A stretch of DNA of 64,000 nt, taken from NCBI GenBank assembly GCA_001179505.1, contig CDMY01000698.1, positions 62,001-126,000 of the forward strand, in the 5' to 3' direction. Source of the DNA: Vitrella brassicaformis CCMP3155 (taxonomy: Eukaryota > Protista > Chromerida). A model generated the notes under the pieces. The model saw nothing but the letters and a program-made list of their open reading frames with translations. It did not search any database and was not told the DNA's origin. A program made the position numbers and the translations under genes. Below are positions 39,219 through 52,154 of this stretch, one piece after another; position 1 is the first letter of the stretch; every line of letters starts with the position of its first letter.

Positions 39219-40716
39219 ATGGCAGAGATCATCGCCGTGGGCATGGGGCTGTGGCAGTGCTACGCCTCTGTGAAGCTTCTCTGTTCCACTGCCAACATCG
39301 TCAAGGATGTGTCGTCGGGCAATCGTCCGAAAGCAACCGACGTTGTTCGAGTTGCCATGGGGGTTTTTGGCATCAGCATTGAAATCGAGCCGCTTGAGGC
39401 GCTGGTGGACGCCGTGGCCGAGCCCGTGGCCGAGCGTGTGGCTGATGCTGCGGCAGCGATCGAAGAGCACGTTCCCGGCCTGCTGCCGCAGATGGTCAGG
39501 ACGGGCGTCAGAGCTCACGGGCTGGCTGAGCAGGAGGCTTGGCTGGGCCTGGAGGCCGGACACCAAACGCAGCTTCCTGCGCTAGGCTCGGTCGACACCG
39601 ACTTGGTGCTCACTAAAGTCGCCGATGTGGCGGGAGGTGCGACTCGATTCGTGCTCCAAAATCAAGACGAGATCCCGATGGTGAGGAACGCCTTTGAGAA
39701 ACTCATCGCAAAGGGCTTCGAGATCGCCGGTGAGGGAGAAAGAAGAAACACGGCAGTCAGTCGACACACATGACATGAACGGCTTGTCCCCCCTCCCTCC
39801 CTCCCTCCCTCGCTGTCTGTCTGTCTGGATCGATCAGATTGGGACAAGACGGTGGTTCTCATGGCGGCGGGGTGGGCTGATCGGGCAGCAGCGGCACGGT
39901 CTGTCACCACCACTAGGAAGGCAACACCAGAGCTGCCCGGCCTGCAGGCTGCGTGGCTCCTGGCGTCCGACAGGGCCAAGATCCTTTTCGACGCCTTCGG
40001 TGTGCCGCCCTTCTACGGAGGCACCACTCCAGGCAGGCTGCGTCGGCACCATCTCGTCGGGGGCATCAGTAAGCTGACGGACGAGCAATTCGATGCGTGG
40101 GCGGATGGCAAGGAGTCGATCGACTTTGCCCGGTGTGTGGCGGTGATGCTGGAGATGGTCATCATGTGCTTCGACATGTGCGCCGTGTGCGACCGGCACC
40201 TGCTCGACGAAAAGGCCGTCGCCGCCCCCTGCAAGCCGACGGGCAAGAACAAACACTACCGTCAGACGTCGATGGGATGGACTTGTCCGCAGTGTGGTGG
40301 CACCCTGGTACTGACCAAAGCCGCCGCGGGGACCATGTGCTTCGGCTGCAGGAGCGTCGTCACCTCTGGCGTGCCCGTCTACCACTGCCGCACTTGCCCC
40401 GACACTCTCTTGGTGGGCCTCTGCACCAGATGTGAGGCCGCCAGGGGGTTCGTCCGCACTTGCCCCAAGGGCCACCACCTCATCCAGAAGGTACGTACGT
40501 TGGCCGATCGATCGCTCAGTCTGGTGAAACAAAGGTCATGCTGTGGTTGGGAAATACATGTATGTGCTGTCCCCCCCCCTCTCTCAGGACATGAAGTTGG
40601 ACAGGAAGTGCCAGGGGTGCCCCAACTACATGAGCAACTGCCATCGGTGTTCGGTCTGCGAGTACAACCTCTGCCAGACGTGCATCAGGCCCAACCGGAG
40701 CCTTAATAGCAGCTAG
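39219..40716 (+). CDS. Hypothetical protein with hydrophobic N-terminus and C-terminal Cys-rich Zn-finger cluster (ZZ/C1-like)
   Basis: 3 exons in phase; CAVC, CPQC, CFGC..YHCRTC..LCTRC, CPKGHHL..CQGC..HRCSVCEYNLCQTC; stop TAG at 40714-40716. Confidence 0.75.
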
Positions 40717-41499
40717 ACAGACAGGCCCGCTATGGCTTAGTCAGCCAGCCGGGTTTTTTCCCTTAGTCGGGGTTCTCCCCATTAATTGACTGATTCACCG
40801 ATGGATCCCTGTAGTGCGGGGAGCGTGTTGTGTGTTGTGTTGTGTTGTGTGTTGAGTGTTTGTGTCTTTGTTGCAATTGTGGGCCATTCCGCATGTGTCA
40901 GTGAGTCGATTGACGAGCTTTTTTGCCCGTATCTGTGCATACTCGGGGGGTGATCATCAGCGCCTGGGCGGGCTGTGCGTGCCTGCCTGCCTGCCTGCCT
41001 CTTGCGTATGGTTGGTGGTATGTCAGCCAGCCATCCGTCGTGGATATTTGGGTGTGTTTGTCTTACCCAGTCGCCCGCCTGTCTGTCTGTCTGTGTGCCC
41101 GCAATGAGCGGTGTCCGACCAAATGGATCAGAATAGCTGGATTGAGTGTTCTCTGACTACGGGATGCATTGGGATGCATTCGCACAGCAGCCAGCCAGCC
41201 AGACAGCCAGACTGGGGAAGTGTGTTTCTGATGGTGTTCTGCGCACGCAGTGGACGCGGGCAGCGGTGGTGCATTGGACAGATCCACTGCTGTCTCGATT
41301 CGATGAATGCACGTCCGCGCGATGTGATTCCATAGGTGTGTATTGCCTGCATACGCACACCATACCATGCCATGCGACTGACTGACTGACTGACTGACTC
41401 ACTGCGTGAGATGGATGGACGCCTCGCGCTGCACGCATGTGCGCTTGTGTGAGTCCACGTGGACGATGACCTTTCCTGTTGAACTTCCCTGTCTACAAG

Positions 41500-44400
41500 A
41501 TGGCCGATGCCACCGATGTGATGGATGCCGAGGCAAGGATAGCGATGAATGCGATAGAATCGCCGCCTAAGAAGCTCAAACCGTCGAGATCTCAACCAGG
41601 CTCGGCTCTTTTGCGTCGCAGCGATCATGCGAGCTCAAATGGCAGAGAGAGGGAAAGCGAAAAAGTGCCTTGGTGATGGTATTCGGCTGAGTCATCGAGT
41701 AGCGTTGACAGTGCATATCTCGCCCCTCTCGTGTGCCTCGCCCAGCGCCCCTGTCGATGCCGCTTCAGCACTCCAATCCGACGGGCAGCGCCGGTCAGCA
41801 GAGTCCCACCAACCAAACCGGACGCGACGACGCCGCCAACGACAGCAGCGATGCCGGCGTCTTCGCCAGGCCGTCGCCAGATGGACACGACGTCGTGGCG
41901 GCGACACCGACCAGCAGCGGACAGCACGAGAGCACTATGGAAGCCGCGGATGAGGCCGCGCAGCCGGCGAGTGAGCAGCGTCAGGCCGAGCCGGCGGAGA
42001 AGCCCTTCCTTGAGGCTGTTCGGGGCGTCATTTCGGCCATCCTACTGCCGAGTGGGCAAGCCAACCCGACGCAGACGGATCTGTTGTGGCGGTTACTGCT
42101 GCTTTCATTGGTGCCGAACGAGGCCAGGCGGCCGCCGATCATGGCGCCGTCACACCTGTCCAGGCAGCGCAACACGCGGTTCGACGACGTGTTCGCCTTC
42201 ATCATCTCCCACCTGCACCAGCAGCCCCGGCAGACCGTCCGCCTGCTGACGTCACTGCATGCCATCGAGGCCCTCAGACACCCACTGGAGACGTTCCTGC
42301 TGGAGGAGCATCCCATCACCCAGCCACCGCCGTCAGAAGCGGCGTCTTCCCAATCGCCCCTCCCCACCTCTGCGGAGAGCAGCACATCAGCGGCAGCATC
42401 GGCCAACGCCGCGTCATCTCTGCCGGTGCCGGGCGAGAGCAACAAGGTGGCCAGCTTCACATTCAGCGGCAGCAGCAGCGGACATGCGCCCCCGCGCAAA
42501 CATGCGGGCGCGTCATCCGGCCCGGCCACCGTCACACGTCTCGAGCACTGCCTCACTGTCGGTGCTTCCGCCGCGGGCATAGCGGCCTTCTGCGGGTTCC
42601 TGCAGGTCCTCTTCGACGGCTGGGCGGGGGAGGGGAAGCGGTGGCCTCTGTTGGCGTGCTGCCTGGTGGTCTCGAAGGTGCTGTCAGGTCGGCGGTTCAG
42701 CCTGAGTGTGTCGGAGGTGGCTGAGCTGGGTGTGGAGCGGGCCCTGCTGCAGCTGCTGGCCGTGTACCCCTACGTCTGGAGCTACAACCACTCACACGAC
42801 ATCCACACGGGCGCCCCGGCCACCGCGGCATCTCAGGCCTTTGTGGGGGCGTGGCGGGTGTACCTGAATGCCAACCATCGGGTCATCTTCACCCTGCGGC
42901 ACCTGCTGATACGGTGCATGGACGCGCTGGCCTCACCCCTCCCCCACCCCTCCCGCAGAGACGCCCTCGCCGACGCGACGAGCATCCGGCGACTGGCGCT
43001 GAGGATCTGCGTTGATGTCGACCGCCATCTGTTCCCGCCAAACCACAGGTCGCCATTCCCGGCCCCCCAGAATGATGACAGCCGCCCGCCGCTGCCACCG
43101 ACGCCCCCAACAGAGTCGCTTCTGACCAGCTCGCAGGCCCTCCCGCAGAGCACGCCGTTGAGCGTCATGTGGAGCACTGTCGACCGCCTCATGCACGGCG
43201 ACCACTCTCACACGGCCGCCACGCCGCCCGCATCGGCCCCATTTCTCGCCACATACCCCCAGGGCCACCCCTCCCCGGCGTTGCTGGCCGTCCTGTCGAT
43301 GGCATTGGCAAAGGCCGAGCAAGAGAGCGGCAACAGCGATGGACAGGCGGGGTGCGGCAAGGCGGCCGCATACGCGCTGTGTCAGCAGGTGATACTCATG
43401 GGGGGCGCGGGGAAGCCCGCTGGCGACGAGGGCCGCGCCCACACCGAGGGGCTTTTCGTCAAGCTGACGGGGCTGTGGGTGGTGCTGGCACGCTGCTACA
43501 CCAGCTCCCTCTTCAATCGTGACCTGGAGCCGCTGGCCGCCGACTGCCCCTGGCCCGTGACGCCATCGCTTCGCCTGTTCCTCTCGTCATTCATGCGGCT
43601 GTGTCTCGAGGCGGACCTGTCGGCTCTCTCAGTGGCTGGTGTGCTGTCTCTGCTGGCGACCAGCTGTGCGCCGCCGGGGTATGTGTATCGGGCGAGAGGG
43701 GAGGTGCTGGCGTATCGTGGCTGGCATGCTGATGCGGAGGAGGATCGGCCAGCTGACAGGATCGGTATGGGCGGCGGTGTGTGTGGTCTGGAGAGGGACG
43801 TGGATGCGGGCCGGCTGCGGGAGCTGATGGACGACTTGGTCGCCATGCTGAGGGACAAGATGCCACTCAGGTGCGTCAAGACACGTCGGAAATTCTCTCA
43901 TTCCCACCATGTATGTCTCTTGTGTCTGTGTGGTGTCTTTGTGTCATGATGCAGTCTCGCTGTGCGCAAGGGCCTGCAGCATGTGCTCACCCCCGAGACG
44001 TCCCCCTTCGCCGCCGCCCTCTCGCGCAACCCACACCTGGCGTGCCTTCTCTCACCCACCACCAGCAACACCACTCAGGCACCCGACACCACCAACGGCG
44101 CCAGCACAGACAGCGACACACACATGGCGGCGTGTGACGAGGATGGGGGCGGTGCCGAGACCGACGAGGAGTCCATCTCGTGGTACTCGGATGAAGAGAC
44201 CGACACCGACGACAACGAGGCCATGGCGCCCGCCACGCCCCCCCCTGCACCCGTCGCCCCCACTCTCCCTCGCAAGCGGCGGAAGATGCACAACGGCACC
44301 CCTCTCCGCTGCTACAAGTCCAACAACTCGTCGCCACACATTCACAAGACCGCCACCAGCAGCAGAGCCGCCAATCCTGGTGCTGATGCCGATGGGGGTG

Positions 44401-46923
44401 GGGGTGGGGGCGCGCCGCCGCTCCCCGTGGTCAACCTGCCTGGCCGAGCGGGAGGGAGCAAGTTCATCGGCCTCCAGAATGTCGGCAACACGTGCTACCT
44501 CGCGAGCTTCCTGCAGGCCCTCTTTCTCACGGAGCCCTTCACAGCGCGGCTCTTCAAGGACATCAACCAGCGAGGCAGAGGCAGGGGCGGCGGTGTGGCT
44601 GGTGTGGGTCTGGGTGTGGGTGTGGGTGAGGCCGGGCGGCACATGGACATGGGCCTAGAGTCGCTGCTGGGCTACCTGTTCGGTGGGCTCCATCTGAGCA
44701 CCCGGCTTTACCTCAACCCCAGGATGATCGCGGAGCGGACGCCGTTTGGCGTAGGGCTGCAACAGGTGGGCGAGGCAACACACGCCACCGCACACGACAC
44801 AAAGTCGTATGCATCTTGTGCATCTCGGCACCGTTTTCCTGTCTGTCTGTCTGTCTGTCTCAGGATGTGACGGAGCTGGCTAGGTGGATGTGGGACGCAC
44901 TTGGCGGTGCGGGCAACCACCTCATCTCGACGCAATCGAGCCCCAGCTCAACGGCCATCACACAGCCCCCTGTACCCCACCCACCCCCTCGCCCTCTGTC
45001 ACCCTCACGCACACCAGCCGGCGGGTCCTCGGCGTCGTCATCGCACTCCCAGGCACCACCACCAGCACCAACAGCAGAGGCAGGAGCCTCGTCGTCACAT
45101 GCACGGAAGAAGTGTGCCGTCGATTCTTGCTTCAGCGGCCGTCTGCTGTGCATCACCAAGTGCAGCCGGCCCACGTGTGGGCACGTCCACGTGCGCACAG
45201 AGACCTTCTACGACATCGGTCTGCCGGTCGACCCGCACCCACCGCACCCACCGCCATCCTTCTCCTTCCCCCCGGCCCCCTCACCCAGCAGCAACGGCGG
45301 TCCAGGGCCTGGCCAAGGACAGCCACCAGGAGGGCAGTACGACAAGACAGGCGGGGGGGGCGACGGCGGCGTGAGCGGTTCGGGCGGCGGGATGAAGCCG
45401 GTTTTGCCTCAAGGTGCTACGGGGGGCTTCACAGGCCCAGCACCCGCCGGATCAGGCATCGGTGTGGACGTGGGTATGGGTGTGGGGGTGGGGGTGGGTG
45501 TGGGTATGGAGGACATCGAGGCGGTCGGTGCGCCCCGGCACGGCAAGAGCCGGGGCTCACAGGCGTCGTTCTTCCCTGGATCGCAGCAGCCGAGGCACAT
45601 ACCCTTCTTTGGACTGAAGGGTACGGGAGGAGGCAGGGAGGGGATGATGCATGCGGGTGGATTTGACCTTCTCCGTGTGTGTGTGTGTGTGTGGTCTCAT
45701 GTATTCCAGGTGGCGAGAACCCCGCCGGCCACAGCCGCGGGGTGCCCCCTGCGGGCCACCCCTCCCTCGTCCCACCTCCCTCTGAGTACAGCATCGTTGT
45801 CCACCCGCCCTCCACGGCAAACGCGGCCACAGACACGTCATCTCTCCCCGCCAACAACAATGCGGCCCCAGGAGCGGCGTCATCGAGCAGCGGCAGCAGT
45901 GGGGGCGATCGGCAGGCGAGCATGCTGGTGAGCGACCTGCTCGACCGGTTTCTGTCGTGTGAGCTGTTGAGCGACTACAAGTGCGACGGCTGTGGCGAGA
46001 AGGGCGTGTGCAACCGTCAGTACTTCGTCATCGAGAAGCCCAAGCACCTCATCCTGATTCTGAACCGGTTCGAGTTCGACCGCCGCACCAGTTTGCAGCA
46101 CAAGAAGAGCACCCGCGTGACGGTCGAGCGGAAGCTCAACCTGCCCCTGCACACGCAGGCCCAGCCACCAATGCCCTCCCCATCCACCACCGCACCACCA
46201 CCCACTCTCGCCCTGCAGCATCACCAGATCATCCACGCGCCAAACATCAAGGGCGCCATTCCCTCAGGCCCTCCCGTCCTCCCGCCCGCCCCCTCCGCAT
46301 GCCAGTCGCAGATGAGCGCCACGGCCGGCCTGGCGAGCGAGGGCAGCGCGCCATACGCCCTCTACAGCGTGGTGGTGCACCAGGGGGCCACGCCGTACTC
46401 CGGCCACTACTTCAACATCGGCAGCACTACCAGGGCGGTGCTGCGGGGCGAGGAGAGCGACTCACGGCGGGCGGACGCCATTATGAGCGGCGTTGGCAGC
46501 AGCGGGGCCGACGCACTGCAGCAGCAGAAGGGGGACGGCAAGGATGCCGCTGGGGAGGACTGGTACGAGTTCAACGACAGCGTGGTGAGCAAATTCGACG
46601 TCGACAAGCTCAACGAGCGCGTCAACGGGTACGCCACGGCCTACATGCTCTTCTACACCCTGGTGGAGCAGCCCACGCCCCCCACCCTGCCGCTGCTCAT
46701 CCCACGACCCATCTACCACCACGTGCTGTGGGACAACCTCATGGCCGCCATGGGTGACCCGCCATTGCTGCCCGAAGGCTTCGTCGCCTCACACACACAG
46801 GCGGCAGGCGGCCAGGCAGGAGGGGACAAGAGCGGCAAGGGCGGGGGCGGTGGGGGACGCAGTACGACTGTCGACCGCCCTGTGTCGATTATAGACACGT
46901 CGGGGCCATCGCAGATCTTCTGA
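41500..46923 (+). CDS. Ubiquitin-specific protease (peptidase C19), USP35/USP38-like, with long helical N-terminus
   Basis: Cys box GLQNVGNTCYLASFLQALF; QQDVTE; FSGRL..CSRPTC..ETFYDIGL; YKCDGC..PKHLILILNRF; His box YALYSVVVHQG..SGHY; WYEFNDSVVS; TAYMLFY. Start exon uncertain; the subfamily call is from recall. Confidence 0.85.
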
Positions 46924-47877
46924 TGGCCGGCAGGGGAGGTGGCGAAACAGAGCGATAGAGGCAGGCAGGCAGGCAGGAAGGCATGTGTGCCCTTTTAAGT
47001 GATCGAGGTGGAGAGATGGACCAAGTAGACGGATGGATGGATGGATAAGTGATGCGTCCAGTCAAAGGTGGCGAGCTGCGTGCTGCCTTGGTATGGGTAT
47101 GCACGTGTGTAAGTGCGTGTGAGTCTTCTTTTGTGTGAGGCCTTGCACACTGATCCGTGGTGGTGTTTGTTACTAGTTCAACCAACTTGTCGTCAGTCAC
47201 AGTGGATGCTGAAGAACCAATCCGGGAGATGTCGAGAGGTGATCTCACAAACAGGTCTCATCAGCCATGAACGCAAAGCGGTCTCATCCATCCAGATATC
47301 GCCATGTAGGTATGAATCAATGTCCCTAGTCGCCCTCCCGTCCCAGGCATGCCATCCATTCCACCACTCACCCACGTGTGTCTGCCGAATCGTCAGGGGC
47401 TCCCGATTTGGAGCTCATGGACCAGTCGACAAACACACTCACATCCACGGCACGGCACCATGGCTATGTGTCTACTATCATCCGTACGTATGGATGAGTC
47501 GCAGCAGAAAGGAAAAGCCTGACTAACAAGTGAAGAGACAGCCCACGTCTGTGTGCCGCTATGGCTCCGCGCCCCGGCACCCACACGCACACATGCAAAG
47601 CAACACACGTGCACCCACCCATCTCCTGCGGCCATGTCAGCCGTGCCTGGCTGGCTGCCTGGCTGGCTGGCTGCCTGGCTAACGCCCGCATGGCAGAAAT
47701 CAAAACACGACACGAAAGAAAGCGACACTTGCGCCCACAAAAAAAGGCCATGCCGAAAAGTGGGTCAGACATTCATGCAACATCATACGAAGTAATTACA
47801 CTTTTCATTCACGCATATGAGAGAAATCAATCAGACCCTGCCATCTCCCGGCCCACTCCTCATCGCACGTCATCCAA

Positions 47878-49036
47878 TCAGGCCATGTCATTGACAGGAC
47901 CATCGATCTCGTCAACCTTAATGCACTTCGATCCGTCATTATCATTGTGGTAACCCTTGACTCGGAAGCTACAGCGGAAGAGTAGGTTGTCACAGCGGAC
48001 CTACACAGGCGCATGGCACACGAAGAGGTAGGTGTGTGTGTGTGTGTTTGTGTTTATGTTTGTGTTTGTGCGTGCGTGTGCGCGCCTAATGGCCGGTTGT
48101 CCATGCGTACCCTGACTTTGTACTTGGCATCCGCCGCCCCACTGTTGGTGACTTTGATCCATGTGTTGGTCCTGTAGGCCGGAACAATGGTCCAGTCGCT
48201 CGACGTCTTGCACGAGGTGCTGGACACAAATACACACGCACACAGACAGTGGTGCACAGAGACGCTGTGTGCTGAGGCTGGCTTGCTCAACTTACCCATC
48301 GGCCTTGCAGATTTCCAGTGTGGCATCGGACAGACGGCTTCGGACGTTCCAGGTCTTCCATTCGCCCTGCTTTACGGTCCACTCATCGTTGCCATTATCA
48401 TCTTTAATGTCGGTGTAGCTGTCAACCCGTCTTCTTCTGTATCGTTTGTTGTGTATCTCTGCACATCACACACACACACACACACACACAGAGATATATA
48501 TATATACACTCCAGCTATTCCGCCCGGCTTTTTCTTACTGTCGCATCTTTCCTGTTCCTCCAGCACAACGGTGTTATTTCTGTCTCTCTTGACCGGTCGG
48601 GCGATGCCCTCATCCCAACGACCTAAGTGTCACAAACGGGAGAGACTCGATGCACTCAGGTCTTATGTCTCGCTCGTGTCATGGACTTACCGCCCGCCTG
48701 GATCTCGTCGGGGCTGTCGTATGTGCTCGTCCACAGGCGGTTGTCGTACATGGAGACCCTGACGCCATTTGAAGCAAATTCCTCGCCCCGCATCAGCGAT
48801 CCGATCTTGGCCTGTTTTATCAGGTCCTGCGCCTGCTCAATCGGCATCTCAATCATCTCCCCGCCATTGTCAGCTGATCAAGTCGATACCAGGCACACGA
48901 GGCAAAGCAAGCCAAGATGAGACCCAGCGCAGCCATCAGCCACCCATGCACCTGACGTACCTGGCTGCAGTTTCCGCAGCTGGCATTGGGCGAGTCCACA
49001 CGCAAGGAGAAGCAGCAGGCCGACACGAACCATCAT
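47878..49036 (-). CDS. Predicted secreted protein A (signal peptide, acidic pro-region, polybasic site, 4-Cys beta-rich domain)
   Basis: MMVRVGLLLLLACGLAQC-QLRKLQP / ADNGGEMIEMP.. / EIHNKRYRRRRVDSY..LEICKADG / TSC..NTWIKV..KYKVR / VRCDNLLFRC..MA*; all four introns in phase. Confidence 0.75.
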
Positions 49037-50762
49037 CGTTGAAGTGAAGGAGAAGGGAAAGAGAAGCTTCGGTGAGAGGGCTGGTGGATTTGACAAGAGT
49101 GCTAAGAGGAGCTTTGCAAGAGTTAACGTGGACCGGTAACGGCCCCGTTACCTCCCGCCGTTGCTGCTGCGTCGTTGCCGCCCTCTCTCTCGATCCCCCG
49201 TTGCGCTTCGGAACCTTCCGGATCGCCGCCCGTTAGCGCACGAAAATGGCGAGAGCGACGAGCAGATCTATGACTGAGAAGACACACACAGGCATGCTGC
49301 AGCACATCAGCGATATCGGCGGCTTCGGGCAGCGTCGCTATGTTCGCACCTGCCGCCGCATCCAGCAATTGCGATGCTTGATGAATGCCGCAGACTGGCA
49401 GGCTGCGGATCTTGAAGGCTGCGACGAACACTCATCTTGAAGGCATCTGCTGCTGCTTTGCGAAAGTGACCCTTCGCTTCCCTGTTTCAGCTCGCAGTGG
49501 CGATCGGAACTCATGAACCGCTTTTGCACTGTGTTGTCAGCATCAGCATAGTCAGTCAAGTCAGCTAATTCAATGAATCAATATTGAGAAGATCTCGAAG
49601 CGAGTCACACGTTGTATGAGCCAGGGCGCCTTGTTGCCTGTGTACTTGCGTACGATTGTGGAATGTTGAGTGCTCTCATGCCCGTGTATGTGTCCCACAA
49701 CGCAATGCAACATCGTCACGTCGTCACATCTCACTCACACGTGTTCTCCCCATCCATCCATTCATCCATCGATTCCATCATTCATGTGTGTCTGCCGACC
49801 CGACCCTGCCAGGAACTCACGATTTCCACTGCCCGAGCGACAGACACACAGCACCAAACCACGCCACACATGCACCCATAGATCCAGCGAGGTAAGGGAA
49901 AAGACCAACAAATATAGAGAAGCGAGACCGCACCGCACGTGTGTGACCTTCCCCTCGCTATGCCACTATGGCTGTGCCCCGCCACCCACACAGCCATACA
50001 AACACACACACTCCCACACAACACAACACCTACACACCCAGCCATGCGCACATGTCACTGCATGCCCCTTTCTGTGTGGAGAGAGAACAGCCTCCTTTCC
50101 GTACCGTACGGCCTACCTACCGTCCTACGGATGAGTGTCTCACATGACACAGACACCACCCAAACAGAGGCAACGGCTTCGCTTTTCACGAGAGTCACAT
50201 TGGTTCAAGGACAGCACACGACAGGACAGAAGGCAACCCGCCTCAAAGGAACTCTCACAGACATGTACCCACCAACCCAATCAAGAGGCCTCACAGCCTC
50301 TCTCAGATCGACCTGATCAGCTCATCACTGCACGACGACAAGATGACCGACAAAAAAAGTGAATCAGACCAATATATCGAAGGAGCAAGTACGTGTGTGC
50401 GCACGAGCTACGCATACGCTGACTGAATGGTATCAGTGGCGCAGCGGCCAGCGCATGGTAGCCCCCCGGCCCCACCCACCACTCCACGCACGCAAACAGC
50501 CAATGAATTCACCGTGACACCACATGACACACAGCAGAAATCACGAACGGAAACAACGATTGTGTGCATGTGTCAGGACGCATGTGTCAGGACGCTACAG
50601 AGAGGAGTGATGCCGTCTTGTGATCCCATCTTAGAGCATAAAATTCACGGGGCCCGAGGGCCGATTGCAGACAGTTGGATCAAAGTCATAGCCAGTGACG
50701 ACCTGGAAACACAATACACATGCAAACCCAGCACGGGCGCTCAGTGGGCCTTCGCTGTTTGT

Positions 50763-51890
50763 CTAGTCGCATGTTCGCTCGCTTACGATTGCAGTGCACG
50801 GGATGATGCTGTTGTTGCATGTGATCTACATAAACAGATGGAACGCGTGCAAGGCAGGGTATCCGTAGGGGCAGGGTCTCCTGCACGGCAATGCGGAGAC
50901 CCGGCGTACGTACCTGGACCCTGTAATTATGGAGGCCGAGCCATGAAAAAGCCCTGACCCAGACACTCGTAAATGCTGTCCCCCCGTCCGCCCCGATGCA
51001 GTCGTCAAAGCCGAGTCTGCGATGCACACGGACAAATCGTAGCGAATATGTATGTGTAGACAATGGATCCGTAGTGAGTACTGAATCTCGCAGATTTCCA
51101 GACGCATTCGACCGAGGGACGTGAGCTTCCAGTTGTGAGCATCGAATGCACGAGGGTTGACTGAGCTTCTGATGGTCCTTGTCTGCCCCGCGGAGACAGG
51201 AAAGATGAACTGAGGCCCGTGGATCTCTGCATTCAATCGACGCCCACAAGACAGACAGACACAAACACACAAGACAGCCGGTAAATGAAACGACAAGCAT
51301 GCCCTTCCCTCCTTCTCGCCGCTTACTGGGGCATGGGGCTTGCTCAGAAGTAACATTGGTGCCGTTGCTATCTCTCTCGACAGGCTCAGAGATATCCGCA
51401 TACCAGGCAGCTGCATGTGGCCACACACACACGTGTGCGTCTCTCTCTCTCCCAGCGTGTGTGTGTGTGTGCATCAGTGATCATACGTAGGTTGAGGAGC
51501 TTCATCCTAGGGTCATCCTCGTCACCACCGCCGGTCCTGGTGAACACGCGGTCGCCGTGCATGACCACCTCGATGCCCTCCGCGGCGTTCTCCATGAGGA
51601 CAGTGGAGATGGCATTCAGGCGATTCACCCTGTCGACCTCCTCCGGTGCGACCTCAACCTCCTCGCCATTCTCGCCGATGAACCTGGGAGCCGCTGCATG
51701 AAGAAGCCACGTGCACAGGGAGAGACGGCACAGAAGGAGAATGCATATCTGTCAAATCTCAAGCGCGGCCACGCGCATCATGCATCAGTGGAGTGGAGGG
51801 GAGTGGCTCACGTTCCGCTTGCAGTCTGCGGATCTGGCAGTTGGCGACGCCCGCGAGGGCAATGAGCAGCAGCAGGCAGAAGACCTTCAT
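50763..51890 (-). CDS. Predicted secreted protein B, paralogue of A
   Basis: MKVFCLLLLIALAGVANC-QIRRLQAE / PAPRFIGENGEEV.. / ..PCP / KIHGPQF..LEICEIQ / LGFDDC..SVWVRA..NYRVQ / ITCNNSIIPC..CD*; five introns in phase. Confidence 0.75.
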
Positions 51891-52154
51891 GTCGGGACAA
51901 AGATACCAAGGGGGGAGGTGTTCCCGTTAGCGCTTCCCGCCAGCGCTTTCCGAGCTCGCTTCCCGGCTGGCCGAGATCTTGTTGAAGGGAGTGACAGACA
52001 CCCATCTTAGAGCCACTCTCTTTCCCCCTTCTGGTAAGAATCGCACCTTCTTGGACCTTTGGCTTCAAGCTCGCACTGCAGGCTTGGGGTTCTGTAAAAC
52101 TGCTCCCACGAGGGAATTGGGAAGACAAGCGCGCAAGCGCTATTCGTAGCAGAA

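Noticed and set aside
41981-46722. Long antisense ORFs opposite USP and other GC-rich exons (also 30571-31359, 39834-40532)
   Set aside because: Shadow ORFs expected from high GC3 on the coding strand; no motifs or splice support.
49123-49559. Short ORFs between the two secreted genes
   Set aside because: No consistent exon chain, signal peptide or similarity to the flanking paralogues.
50427-50957. 176-aa plus-strand ORF
   Set aside because: Overlaps the last exons of secreted protein B on the opposite strand; no codon bias or recognisable motif.
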